Positions 26,345-39,468 of a DNA stretch of 64,000 bases are shown one piece after another (positions within the stretch are counted from its first letter, which is position 1; each line of letters starts with the position of its first letter). The notes under the pieces were generated by a model. That model had not been told where the DNA came from. It worked only from the letters and a program-made list of their open reading frames with translations, and did no database searches. Source of the stretch: Octopus sinensis. Taxonomy: Eukaryota. Location: positions 57,908,001-57,972,000 of the forward strand of contig NC_043007.1 of NCBI RefSeq assembly GCF_006345805.1, read 5' to 3'. Position numbers and translations under genes: made by a program.

Positions 26345-27519
26345 TAAAGAAAAGGGTTTTGTTACAGTTTCTGTCATCTTGAGTTCTTTTTTAAATATAC
26401 TGATCCACATTTTTTATATTCTTCGCCGATCATTTTTGATATTATTGAATTTTGTGAACATTTAATCATTTAAACATGTTTTCTATTTCGCAATTTAGAA
26501 AAAAAAATTACATCCCATATGGTTATACCATTGATAAACAAAAAATTGCTGAAACTAGTTTGGCATGTATGTAAATAATTTCATTTAAAAACAATTGCAA
26601 GTTTTTCAAATTCAGGTGCATTTTCAACAAATTCTCATACACACACACACAAACACACACACATATATATACATACATACATACATACATACATACATAC
26701 ATACATACATACATACATACATACGTACATATATATATATATTTGTGTTGATTTGTTTTGCTTTTTGCATTTGATAAATTTGTGTTTTCAGAATGTTCTT
26801 CATTTTGGGATCTCTAGTGAGCATAGGTAGATTTTGTAGAAAAGTGTTGTATGCCTCATTACGAAATTCAAAAATTTCAAAGTCATGATTAGTGGGAACG
26901 AAACCGGTCGACAAACACAACATAAAATATATTTTAAAATATATTAAAGTGTGTGTATTCTCCTTATTTTATTTTATGCATTATCTCATTACAATTTACC
27001 TTGTGGGGATAATCGAATTTCCTCCTTTTGTGTGACTACTACTACTATATATATATGCTTTATCTTTTACTTGTTTCATCGCGGGGCTGTACCCAGAACC
27101 AAGTGGTTGACAAGTATATTTCTTACTACTCAGCCATGCCTGCACCTATACACACTCATACTTGTATATAGAACTACTATATGCACATAGAATGGTTATA
27201 TGTATCTTTATAGAGAACTATAAGTATCTTTAAATGTCTTTTCGAACAAAGAGAAAAGAGTGCTACTATATAGGGTTTTCTGAAATTTGTTGGCACCAAT
27301 ATCTAATGCAAAGTTGTTGTTTTTTTTTGGGGGGGGTGGGCTACAAGGTACGGCAAATAAGTTAATAATTACCTAGAGGTTAAGATTTTCCCGTATAATT
27401 TCTGATCTCCTGATATCTATTATAAATCATGGTACGCTTCGGTCACTTCCCTATCAGGCGACACCGAAGTAGATTTACATCCATTTGTCTACAATACAAG
27501 TTCAATATAGTGTAAATGG

Positions 27520-27718
27520 GAAGGCGGTGAGCTAGTAGAATCGTTAGCATGACATTTCATCTGTTTTTACATTCTGAGTTTAAATTCCGCCGAGGTTGTC
27601 TCTACCTTTCATCCTTTCGGGGTTGATAAAATAAGTACCAGTTTTACACTGAGGTGGATGTAATCGACTTATCCCTTTCCTTGAAATTGTTGGCCTTGTA
27701 TCAAAATTTGAAACAAAT
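27520..27718 (+). mobile_element. SINE family B
   Basis: ggcggtgagctagtagaatcgttagc...ctgagtttaaattccgccgaggt...cctttcggggttgataaa. Confidence 0.75.
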
Positions 27719-27796
27719 ATAGTGTAAACGTGACCTTAAATTATTTCTAAAAACTGAAGAGTGATTTAATTGATCTAGAATAGGTGATATTTTCTA

Positions 27797-28110
27797 AGGC
27801 GTGGTTGTGTAGTAAGAAGTTTGTTTCCCAACCAGGTGGTTTCGGGTTCAGTCCTGTGTGGCACCTTGGGCAAATGTCTTCTACTATAGTCCTAGGCCAG
27901 CCAAAGTCTTGTGAGTGGATTTTGTTGATGGGAACTGGAAGAAGCTTGTTTAAATGTTTGAGTATGCATGCGTTTGTGTGTATGTATGTCTCACGTATGC
28001 GTGTGCGTTCGGATTTTGTGTTTTCCCCACTACTGCTCCACAACTAATGTTGGTTTGTTTACCTCTGCGTAACTTAGTGTTTCAGCTAAAGAGAACGATA
28101 AGATACGTAG
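27797..28110 (+). mobile_element. SINE family A
   Basis: Head homologous to 33-190. Confidence 0.8.
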
Positions 28111-28370
28111 CCATGTCTCCTCCAAATTACAGCCAACTCATGAAAAAAATGTAAGAAATTATAACTGCCTAAAATTCAACTTCTTGATTATTGTTCTGAC
28201 CTGATCACAGCTGAGTGCCTCTAAATAAAACTTGCTGATTCGATCATAGCTCTGACATGTTCATAGATGAATTGTTTATTTGAAGTTATAAGTACCATAT
28301 AATGGTCGTTCACAAAAATTCTTTATATATATATCGTTTTTTTTTTCTTTCTTTTAATCTTTTTATTTGA

Positions 28371-28540
28371 TTCAGTCATTAGATTGCGGCCATGCTGGGG
28401 CACCGGCTTGAATAATTTTTAGTCGATGTATGACCCCGGTATATATTTTTTAAAGCCTGGAACTTGTTTTATCGCTCTCTTTTGCCGAACTGCTAGGTTA
28501 CGGGAAAGAAAATATACCAGCACCGGTTGTTAAGCGGTGG
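28371..28540 (-). mobile_element. SINE family A tail
   Basis: ttcagtcatt.gattgcggccatgctgggg is the reverse complement of the SINE-A tail. Confidence 0.7.
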
Positions 28541-28611
28541 GAGGTGGAACAAACAGAGACACAAGAATACGCACACATGCATACACACACACATGCATAC
28601 ACACACACATG

Positions 28612-28642
<31 letters not shown>

Positions 28643-28799
28643 TATCGAAACACACATAGACACACTATCGAAATATCTTACAACATTCTCATGCAGCAGA
28701 CCCCACTGGAAATCTTCCTTAATTATACACAAACATACATACAAAATCATGTACATGTTTACATGAGTGTATACGTGTGTGTGGATGTGAGTGTGTATT

Positions 28800-28847
<48 letters not shown>

Positions 28848-28850
<3 letters not shown>

Positions 28851-29258
28851 TTTTATTCGTTTATTCTTGTTTGACTGCGGCCATGCTGGAGTACCGCCTT
28901 TAGTCGAGCAAATCGACCCCAGGATTTATTCTTTATAAGCCTAGTACTTATTCCATCGGCCTCTTTTGCTGAAACGGTAAGTTACGGGGACGTAAACACA
29001 CCACCATCGGTTGTCAAGCGATGTTGAGGGGACAAACACAGACACACAAACATATGCACACAAACATACTTACACACACACACATATATATATATATACA
29101 CGACGGGCTTCTTTCAGTTTCCGTCTACCAAATCTACTCACAAGGCTTTGGTCGACCCGAGGCTATAGTAGAAGACACTTGCCCAAGTTGTCGTGCCGTG
29201 GGACTGAATCCGGAACCATGTGGTTAGTAAGAAAGCTACTTACCACACAGCTACTCCT
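28848..29258 (-). mobile_element. SINE family A, near complete
   Basis: Tail, internal CA/TA tract and head all present. Confidence 0.88.
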
Positions 29259-29399
29259 ACACATACATATTTTAAAGTATAGTTTATAAGAGATAACAGT
29301 GTCATTAAGACCCAAAGGTGTCAGGTAATGCTGAATAAGTGCTATAGACAGACCATAGTTACGTTCCAGATTCGGTAATATTGCGAATAAAGGGTTCAA

Positions 29400-29900
29400 T
29401 GTTGGTTCTATGTCAGCATGTGTATATAAGAATTTTTTGCGTAATAAGATAAAAAACCAAGGCTGTATAGATATTAGAGCATTTATAGAGAGAAGGTCTT
29501 ACAGCTGTTTCTAGGATATCAATTAATAATATCCCTTCATCGGAGACGGTGTGAGAGGAAAAATTAACTCATTTTTAGTTTCGATGTGATACAAATAGAG
29601 AGTTGAGGTGGAGGAAAGAAAATAAATGTAAGATATGCATGGGTATTAAATTCGTAAATCCGTTTTATTGGCATAATGGTATATATGCAATATTCTAATA
29701 TCCTTTGAGTAAAATCCAAAGGTCCAACAGAGTTTAATATGAGTCTATCCAAATATAGTGTTTATAAGCAATGTAAGATTCTCTTAAACTTGGTCATTCC
29801 CAGTAGGTATAATTATATTTTTATAATTATATGCTTAAAAATTAATTTTACCGATATGGTGGTTTTTTAAACGCTAGCCACTAATGTAATCATGTCAATG
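29400..29900 (-). mobile_element. Penelope-like pLTR fragment with degenerate hammerhead (29496-29547)
   Basis: Minus strand gtct-ccgatga-a-ggatat..atatcc-ta-gaaacagctgta-agac. Single C-for-U change in the core. Confidence 0.5.
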
Positions 29901-29947
29901 ATTATATCCTCAATTTATATATATATATATATACATTCATACATACA

Positions 29948-30007
<60 letters not shown>

Positions 30008-30544
30008 TAATGTTCTCAAAAAATAGCGTTCGTAAAATTTTTTATCTCGTTCGGCTTAACAACCCTTCTTGTTTGTGTTACTGTTATTCTCCTTGTCCTG
30101 TCTTTTACTGTTTACATTTTGTACTGTCGTTACTGTCCTGTTTTTGTTACCATTTTTACCCCTCCGCCAAAAATCTCAATTTTTTTTAATTTGATTTTCG
30201 CGGAAGGATGTTTCAACGAAGTCATGTATCGCCTTGACCTTCGAAACGTGGAGTAGATGAAACAAGGCGACTGAAGAAGGGGAATTTTCCTTGTTTTGTA
30301 TGTCCTGTACTCTATTTTTTCGTTGTTTAAGAAAAATGTCCATTTCTTTGTTTTGTGTTTATGTTTTCGTTTCTCATTGTGTTCGACGTTTTTTTGTTGT
30401 CCTGTACCCATATATGCATGTATATATACATGTAGATGTAAGTATGTACATATAGTATGTATATATGCCATATGTTTTATTTATTTATTTATTTTTTAAT
30501 TTATTATATGACGGAACGCACGCATCCATTTCTAAGTAAGATTG

Positions 30545-30618
<74 letters not shown>

Positions 30619-30622
30619 TACT

Positions 30623-30681
<59 letters not shown>

Positions 30682-30820
30682 TATATATATATATTATATA
30701 TTATATATATATACATGCCATATTTCATAATATGCCTGTTTAAATATCGTGATAGCATGAAACTATTAGTAGTTCTTTCGGTTGTGCATTTAATTTTATA
30801 TATATATATACATATATATC

Positions 30821-31128
30821 ACCGTGATCACCGTGACCGACCAGGCTATCAGATGTTGCTACACATCGCTGGTCACAATGCGATTCGCATTGTTTTAGCC
30901 TTCAAATGACGCCACCCCGCTGGCTAAGCGAGCAGGCCAACAGGAGAAAGAGTGAGAGAAAGTTGAAACAAGAGAGTACTGCAGGGATCCCCACCACCCC
31001 TGCCGGAGCCTCGTGGAGCTTTAGGTGTTTCGCTCAATAAACACTCACAACGCCCGGTCTGGGAATCGAAGCCGCGATCCTACGACCGCGAGTCCGCTGC
31101 CTTAACCACTGGGCCATTGCGCCTCCAC
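30821..31128 (-). mobile_element. tRNA-derived SINE family C
   Basis: tRNA-like head 31051-31128 (tggcccagtgg A box, ggcttcgattcc B box), continuing into a non-tRNA body with a tandem acggtgatc tail. Confidence 0.8.
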
Positions 31129-31130
31129 TT

Positions 31131-31221
31131 TTTTTGTCGACCTCGGCGGAATTTTAACTCAGAAGGTAAGACGTACGATATGCTGCAACACATTTCACCC
31201 GGCGTGCTAACGATTCTGCCA
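31131..31221 (-). mobile_element. SINE family B head fragment
   Basis: gtcgacctcggcggaattt.aactcagaa...ccggcgtgctaacgattctgcc. Confidence 0.75.
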
Positions 31222-31231
31222 TATATATATG

Positions 31232-31267
<36 letters not shown>

Positions 31268-31472
31268 GCATGTAATATATGATATATATACATATAATAT
31301 ATATATATTATATATATATAAAATAAATATAGAGAGTGGTCACTATATGGCTCACTCTAGCACCAGTTAATCCAAAAGGTTTCAACCACAAAAATACATG
31401 TTTCCCATGAAAGTCAGTACGATTGTTAGCTCACACGGACAGGGCAAATAAAAAATAACAAAATACAGATTA

Positions 31473-31552
31473 TTTTGGGACAATGTTTCGCTATTAATGA
31501 ATTAAATGTAATTTTACTTACAAAAAATCCACTTGTAGCTCGTCAGCCAAAA
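31473..31552 (-). ncRNA. Type I hammerhead ribozyme (array copy 1)
   Basis: TTTTGG-CTGACGA-GCTA..TAGC-GAAAC-ATT-GTC^CCAAAA. Conserved core, stems I-III and a GUC cleavage triplet are all present. Confidence 0.85.
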
Positions 31553-31997
31553 CTATCTGATGAAATCCACTCAATCACACGCCAGATTTTACCATAACGA
31601 TAAATACGCGTGTGGTTCAATTGATTACATCCGACGTTATAATTCAAATGCCCCAACTAACAGCGCGCCAAACTTTCACGGAAAACAAATACTGCATTTA
31701 GAAATAAATGCAGCATAATTATAATTAATTTAAGGGTGAGAGAATTAGATACTAATTTAATAGTATATCTATTCAACACCAAGTGCCTAGTGCTCCGAGA
31801 AACCTGGATTATTATAATATTTTATAATATATTTAATATTTTTACAAAATAAATATAAGAGAGTGGTCACTATATGGCTCACTCTAGCACCAGTTAATCC
31901 AAAAGTTTCAACCACAAAAAAATACATGTTTCCCATGAAAGTCAGTACGATGTTAGCTCACACGGACAGGGCAAATAAAAATACAAAATACAGATTA

Positions 31998-32079
31998 TTT
32001 TGGGACAATTGTTTCGCTATTAATGATTAAATGTAATTTTAACTTACAAAAAAATCCACTTGTAGCTCGTCAGCCAAAA
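31998..32079 (-). ncRNA. Type I hammerhead ribozyme (array copy 2)
   Basis: TTTTGG-CTGACGA-GCTA..TAGC-GAAACAATTGTC^CCAAAA. Confidence 0.85.
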
Positions 32080-32777
32080 CTATCTGGATGAAATCCACTC
32101 AATCACACGCCAGATTTTACCATAACGATAAATACGCGTGTGGTTCAATTGATTACATCCGACGTTATAATTCAAATGCCCCAACTAACAGCGCGCCAAA
32201 CTTTCACGGAAAACAAATACTGCATTTAGAATAAATGCAGCATAATTATAATTAATTAATAAGGGTGAGAGAAGTAGATACTAATTTAATAGTATATCTA
32301 TTCAACACCAAGTGGCCTAGTGCTCCGAGAAACCTGGATTATTATAATATTTTATAATATATTATAATATTTTTACAAAATAAATATAAGAGAGTGGTCA
32401 CTATATGGCTCACTCTAGCACCAGTTAATCCAAAAGGTTTCAACCACAAAAATACATGTTTCCCATGAAAGTCAGTACGATTGTTAGCTCACACGGACAG
32501 GGCAAATAAAAAATAACAAAATACAGATTATTTTGGGACAATTGTTTCGCTATTAATGAATTAAATGTAAATTAGTATCTAATTCTCTCACCCTTATTAA
32601 TTAATTATAATTATGCTGCATTTATTTCTAAATGCAGTATTTGTTTTCCGTGAAAGTTTGGCGCGCTGTTAGTTGGGGCATTTGAATTATAACGTCGGAT
32701 GTAATCAATTGAACCACACGCGTATTTATGTTATGGTAAAATCTGGCGTGTGATTGAGTGGATTTCATCCAGATAGT

Positions 32778-32859
32778 TTTTGGCTGACGAGCTACAAGTG
32801 GATATTTTTGTAAGTAAAATTACATTTAATTCATTAATAGCGAAACAATTGTCCCAAAA
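32778..32859 (+). ncRNA. Type I hammerhead ribozyme (inverted copy)
   Basis: ttttgg ctgacga gcta ... tagc gaaacaattgtc ccaaaa read directly on the plus strand. Confidence 0.85.
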
Positions 32860-33134
32860 TAATCTGTATTTTGTTATTTTTTATTTGCCCTGTCCGTGTG
32901 AGCTAACAATCGTACTGACTTTCATGGGAAACATGTATTTTTGTGGTTGAAACCTTTTGGATTAACTGGTGCTAGAGTGAGCCATATAGTGGACCACTCT
33001 CTTATATTTATTTTGTAAAAATATTATAATATATTATAAAATATTATAATAATCCAGGTTTCTCGGAGCACTAGGCCACTTGGTGTTGAATAGATATACT
33101 ATAAATTAGTATCTAATTCTCTCACCCTTATTAA

Positions 33135-33171
<37 letters not shown>

Positions 33172-33399
33172 ATATATAATATATATATATATTGGCACAA
33201 GTGCACACATATGTGGGTACGTACATACATATATACATACATGCATATATATATACGTACGTACAGCTTCACTTAGACTTGCGACCGCTACATCACATAA
33301 CACTTCGAAAGCCATACATTTGCAATCCAAGAACAGGAGTTTGCTACACAATACGTAATAAACAACGAAGCGAGTGAAGCCCTTGGAGCCCCAATATTC

Positions 33400-33960
33400 A
33401 ACCGAAAATATGGATTATTTCACAATTCTGAGGATGTCTTTGCACATGGGAACCGCAGCTGCTCAAAAATGTCATCAAAGTTCTGCCTCTGTCTGCGACG
33501 TGAAATTCTCTGTAAAACGATATATTATGCCACCCGAAAAATAAAAACTTGTCTTGGAATAATCATAGAGATGCCATCCCACTGTTATTGAATGTAAACA
33601 TAATCACAAGGAATCCAGGTGAAACAATCCCATCAGAACATCTGTCAGGTGCAGACTAGCCAACCTGATATTGTTGTTTGGGACATCAAAAAAAGTATGT
33701 ACCCTCGTTGAAATCAGTTGCTCAACTCATATGAATATCTTTTCGAAAATAAAAGAGAAAGTGACTACAGACAACTGTATGGAAGCCCCCAGCTTCTCTA
33801 ACTATAATAATTTCTCGTTTACACCAATACTAAATGGTGCATTGGTTGTGTGAATGAGTGACAATCTAGATATGAAAGAGTTTTCAAGAAAAGGAATGAA
33901 ACAGCTAACTTCAGCATTACAAATACAATCTATAAGCGAATAGTAAAATTATGCAAGAAA
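33400..33960 (+). mobile_element. 3' fragment of an RLE-type (R4/Dong-like) non-LTR element
   Basis: QPDIVVWD / KVCTLVEISC..KIKEK resembles a degenerate PD-(D/E)xK restriction-like endonuclease. Similar to 59990-60770. Confidence 0.55.
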
Positions 33961-35845
33961 TTAAACAGTGAATTTGCTTTGGTTGTCTACATTCCAGCGA
34001 TAGAATCTTACATCTTTGTTAGAAACCAAATGTTTGCATACAAAAATTCTGCAAATTATGAAAAATAGAATAGAACATACATGTATAGATATATATATAC
34101 ATATATAAAGATATATATATAAAGACATACATGCATTCTTTCCAGTTAGATGGCGGCCACATATGTTTATTCACTTTTTTCTCTTATTTCTTCCTTTTCT
34201 AGTTGCCCCTTGGCTTTCCTTATCTTTTCCCACTATCCGAAGAAGAACAATGTCCGAAACGTTACAATAATTGACTCTTTCCCTTCCCTTGTGCATCAAA
34301 CTAATACCATTGATTGTGAACTTATCCCGTTCTTTGTTTTTTTTTTGTTTTTTTTCTGTTTTTGGTAATCTGTTCTTTGTTCCTGGCCACACACACAGAC
34401 ATGACGTTTTCCTTTTACTTTCACGTTATTCCAAGTTTTTCGTACTGTCATTATGTAACTACAGCTTAGATTTAATCATTAAGCTCTACCATATCTGATG
34501 AATACATCTAATACATCTAATGAAGACACATCCATGTTTGTACGGGCGCGTGTGTGCGTGTGTATCGTGCGTTCAATCTGTCTGAGGGTGTATATATGTG
34601 TCACAGTGCCAGTTTATGTATGTGTATGCATATATATATATTCTAAGTACATAGCACATGATGACACGAACAGATATTTCATGAATGCAATCCTTTACGC
34701 ATACACACGCACACTCGAACACACATATACACACACACCTACACACTCACACATACACACAAAATGTATGAAATGTATCTATATATATATGTATGCATTT
34801 ACATATTCATATATATATATATATACACACGTTACATTTAAGTACATGCATATAAAAATATATATTTATATATTTATAAGCATGTAAGCCCATATAAAGC
34901 TGCACTTCGTCTCATATATACATCTATGTATGTATATATATATTTATATATATATATAGATAGATAGATATACATACATTGATTTATATATTTATATATA
35001 CATATATATATTTATATATATACATATATTATAGATATGTGCACGTTTGTTACTTGAATGAAAAAGCACAGCATAAGTACACACAGACACAAACACACAC
35101 TATCTTACACACATACACACGCATGTGCGCAGGCACAACGCATAAAATAATACATACACACATGCACACAAGTATATATATTATTGCTTTGATGAAAAAG
35201 CACAGCATAAGTCATTAAAATGAAGCTAAAAGTGAACGAAGAGGGAAAAATACATGAAAAACGAAAAACAAATGCATTTCATTATATATACACACGTATG
35301 TATATATTTTTTAAAGCATGTTAACAGCTAACCAATGAGAAGCAGATCAATATTGACAATATGGCTACAGAAACGTAAGTTTTTGTTTTTTTTTACAAAT
35401 ATATTTTGTTGATATGGTTTTGGCGGGAAGAGGTATGGGTGTGATATACCAAATTAAAACTGACTGAAACGAAGAGAACAGCTTGAAGTTTACTGACAAA
35501 GAGACACGTCCACCGCCGCCGCCGCCCCCGACGCTGCATCTTCACATTTTGAGTTCATAATTCGTTTGTTGCTATTTATCTCCGGTTTTTGATTTCTTTC
35601 TCTGTTTTTTACCGTGTTTCGTTAAAATAGCATCATAAATGTTGATTTTTAAATTTCAAGATTTTATATATTATTTTTTTGTGTTGTTTTGATTCGTTAT
35701 ACATACACACACACACACACATACACACACACATACACACACATAGGGAAGAGAGGAGGGAGAGAGATATGTGTGTATTGAATGTATGTATGTATATATG
35801 TATATATATATATATGTATAAGTATACTAATTTATAAATATATGC

Positions 35846-35903
<58 letters not shown>

Positions 35904-36330
35904 ATATATATGTATACATGTATGATGTATGTGTGTGTATCTATGTATTATGTCTGTATAAGTGTGTGTGCATATGTACAATTTGAGCTGGAAATCACAA
36001 ACATATCAAGTACGGTAGTCATATAAAGTGAAAATAAAATTAAATCTATTCATGTTGTGTGCAAGCATATGTGTGCATGAGTGTGTATGTGTGTGTGAGT
36101 GTGTGGTGTGTTGTGTCTGTGTATGTGTGTATCTTTGTATATAGATATACATACATATAAATTTAAATATATGTGTGTATATGTATATATATATATGTAT
36201 ATATACGTATTTATATGTATATGCACTTATATATATATGCACATATATATATACATATTTATATATATGCATATATATATATATATATATATACATTTTA
36301 TATATATGCATAAATATACACACACACACA

Positions 36331-36362
<32 letters not shown>

Positions 36363-36486
36363 GCTTACATACAACATTCATCAATATATTTCATTTTATT
36401 TTCATTTTATATGACTTCTGTAGTTGATATCTTTGTGATTTCCAGCTGCAATTTTACACGCCAATCTAAATTTGAACTGAGCTGAC

Positions 36487-36519
<33 letters not shown>

Positions 36520-36786
36520 AGACACACACACACACACACACACATCTAGTTGTAGTTATGCCTCTATGCGTGTGTGTATGCGTGTATGTGGTTGTGTATT
36601 TATATAAATATGCACATATACATATCTACACACAGACTCAATTAATGCAGTAGAGTTTATTTATTTGTCCGAATTTGATTATTTTATGTGTCGCTAATCA
36701 GACTAACTTCGTTGACTGCTCATAGCGCATTACTCTAAGTGAATCATCGGCTTTGAATGTGTGTGAATGCATGTTTGTGTGTGTGT

Positions 36787-36851
<65 letters not shown>

Positions 36852-37801
36852 TGGCGTTTGTGTGTATACCTGTATGTGGATGTGTGACCGTTTGTGTGTG
36901 AATGCATACATATTTAATAAGAAGTTCGTAACCACTCTTGCGCCTCACCTTCAAGTGTCCTAATTGATTTTCTTCAACCCTAATTCTTATATTAATGTGG
37001 AATGTTTTTCATTGCCTGTTATTTTCACAACCAGGACTGTTACTCTGTTCGGGGTTTTGATATAACCCCAACTACAGTTAAAAGATATTTGCACGATGAG
37101 TAGTGCAGAGAGATTAGTCCCGAAACACTGTGATTTTAAAGCTCGTATTATATATTGCTGCACGGTAGGACTTGAGTGATGGTATATATCATATGTCTTC
37201 ACTTAGTCCTTGAAGTAAAGATTTCCTGCCGTTATTACTAAATAGTAAAGACCATGTTTTTGCCAGATTCTCTAATTAATACTATTGATACCGAGACATC
37301 TTATGGGACTAAATCTACTAACAGTCATGTAACATCATAAATATGATTAAGTACATTTATTTATTCAGAGGCCAAGCTGTATTGGCAATCTGGAAATTAT
37401 TTACATATACTTCAGCACAGATTCTATTTTCCTAATTCCACCAACATGGTGGAATTAATGTCATCCGGACATTAATGAAGACGACAATTGTCCAAGGCTC
37501 AGCACTGCACGATCAGTCTCATAGCCAAGCAGGTACCCAAGTCTATCTCAAATTAATACCATACCATCTTAAAATTGTAAAACACGTATTAGACAATGTA
37601 GTCTTGAATAAGCGATGAGATGGCCACGGTTAAAATATATTTCTCATAGGCCTGCTAACTTAGTACTGGCCCGCGCTAATAGTAAGCACAAAAATAACTT
37701 AAATCATTTAAAACGTACCTTCCCGACAGATCTGGAATTGGATCCATACTGCGGCACTTTGGACGTGTCATAGTGTCATATCTTTTTCTCTCTCTCTTCC
37801 C

Positions 37802-37840
<39 letters not shown>

Positions 37841-37845
37841 ATAAC

Positions 37846-38645
37846 GTGGCCCATACAACCGTAGTACGCCAGTTAAAAGACATTGGAAAGGTTTCAGTGG
37901 CTGGAAAATGGGTCCCTCACGAGCTGTCTCCAGAGAATCGACAGTAGCGTGCTGCTTGTTATCAATCATAGCTTTCGCGACACTTTCAAGCAACATTTTT
38001 AGACAGGCTTGTTACAGGTGATGAGAAGTGGATTCTTTACCATAATGTTAAACACCGCTGTTCTTGGATCAGTCGTGTGGGGATGGCCAGTTCAACAACC
38101 GAGAGCAGGACTTCATCCAAAGAAGATCATGTTGAGTGCATGGTGGGATATTAAAGGAGTAATGCATTATGAACTGTTGGACAACAACCAAACAATAAAT
38201 GCCAATCTTTACTGTGATCAACGTCGTCGTTTGAAAACAGTTCTGAACCAAAAGCAAGCATCCTTGGTTAATAGAAATGGTGTCATCTTCCATCACGATA
38301 ATGCTCGTCCTCACACACAACTTGGTTGGGAAATACTGCCTCATCCTCAATATTATCCTGACCTTGCTCCTTCTAATTACCATTTGTTCGAGGACTACAG
38401 AGCCATTTTGATGAACTTAGGTTAACAACAAGAGAAGAGACTGAAAATTAGTTAGATTCATATTTTGGTTCTAATCCTATAGAATTTTACAAGCGAGGCA
38501 TTTATAAGGTTGTTGAAAGATGGAATGAGGTCATTGAAAGCAATGGAGAGTATGTTAATGAATAAATATTTCCATAGTCATTGGGTTATTCATTTTTACC
38601 TTAGATCTTTAAATCAGACGTTATTTTTGCACCAAACTGATATAT
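37846..38645 (+). mobile_element. mariner (DD34D) transposon, 5' truncated and degenerate
   Basis: KWVPHELS, TGDEKWI, LHPKKIMLSAWW, HHDNARPH, HPQYYPDLAPSNYHLF. TIR-like ttatttttgcaccaaac at about 38621. Confidence 0.9.
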
Positions 38646-39036
38646 GTGGACTTGTGGTTCATAGAAACATCTGTAGTTATATCGTTGATCGACGATTGAT
38701 ACAAAGAATCAAATAGCGCTCACGTGGCTATCAAGAAAAACCGTGGATGATGCTAGGAGGTAACCTTCTGAAAATTCAAGAATCACAATGGAGGAGGGTA
38801 TGTATAAAACTTAATCAAATAAGATAATGGGCACAAGTGAAGTGAGGGGATGAGAAAATATTTATTGTCTTTAGGTTTATGTATTTGTTTTGCAAGATTC
38901 CTGATGTGAAATCGTGTGTTGAAACATATATTGTTACATTTCGAGATGGTCACTTTTTTGTTTTTCTGCCAAATAAACACACGCACTATATATTCGTTTT
39001 TCACTTGAGATTTATTATCGCTCCTGTTGTCGTTTA

Positions 39037-39174
39037 TCTGGAAATCTTTTGACACACATCCTACGACCTCTTCAGTGACTCTCAGTCCCACGTGTCTCCC
39101 CCTGTTCTATTCGAGACACGTGGGCTGGAAAGCCACTGAAGAGGTTACAGGATGTGCGGCGAAAGATTTCTAGA
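39037..39174. other. Imperfect hairpin, about 62-bp arms and 14-nt loop
   Basis: 39037-39098 versus 39113-39174 inverted; differences are mostly transitions. Confidence 0.8.
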
Positions 39175-39468
39175 CATAGGACATAAAACAAGAAGAATAA
39201 TACATCTAAAGTGACAGACGAATATATAGTGCTTGTGTTTATTTAGAAAAATAAGTGGTCATTTCGAACTATAACAATATTCATTATCTCGCTTCACTTT
39301 TCTTATTTGATCAAATTTAATATGTACATATCGAGATAGATATAGATATAGACACATACATGTGTGTGAGAGCAAGTATGTATATATTCTGTATACAAAT
39401 GCATATACAATTTATCTATTTATCCTGCAATCTAACTATTTAATTTATATATTTGTATGTATATACGT

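Larger units (their letters stand above)
31321..33140. repeat. Array of a 525-533-bp unit: two full direct copies, one partial (to 32570), then one inverted copy; hammerhead-bearing
   Basis: agagagtggtcactatatggctcactctag recurs at about 31331, 31858 and 32388, and inverted at about 32973-33003. Copies differ mainly by 1-nt indels. Confidence 0.95.

Noticed and set aside
31051-31128. tRNA gene
   Set aside because: The tRNA-like sequence continues into a SINE body and tail, so it is a SINE head.
31555-31600. Opposite-polarity hammerhead at ctgatga within the unit
   Set aside because: No GAAA after the putative stem II, and the motif is ctggatga in other copies.
31321-33140. CRISPR-like or plain satellite interpretation of the array
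   Set aside because: Units are about 530 bp with no unique spacers and the context is eukaryotic. The ribozyme motif and inversion fit a retroelement-derived array better.
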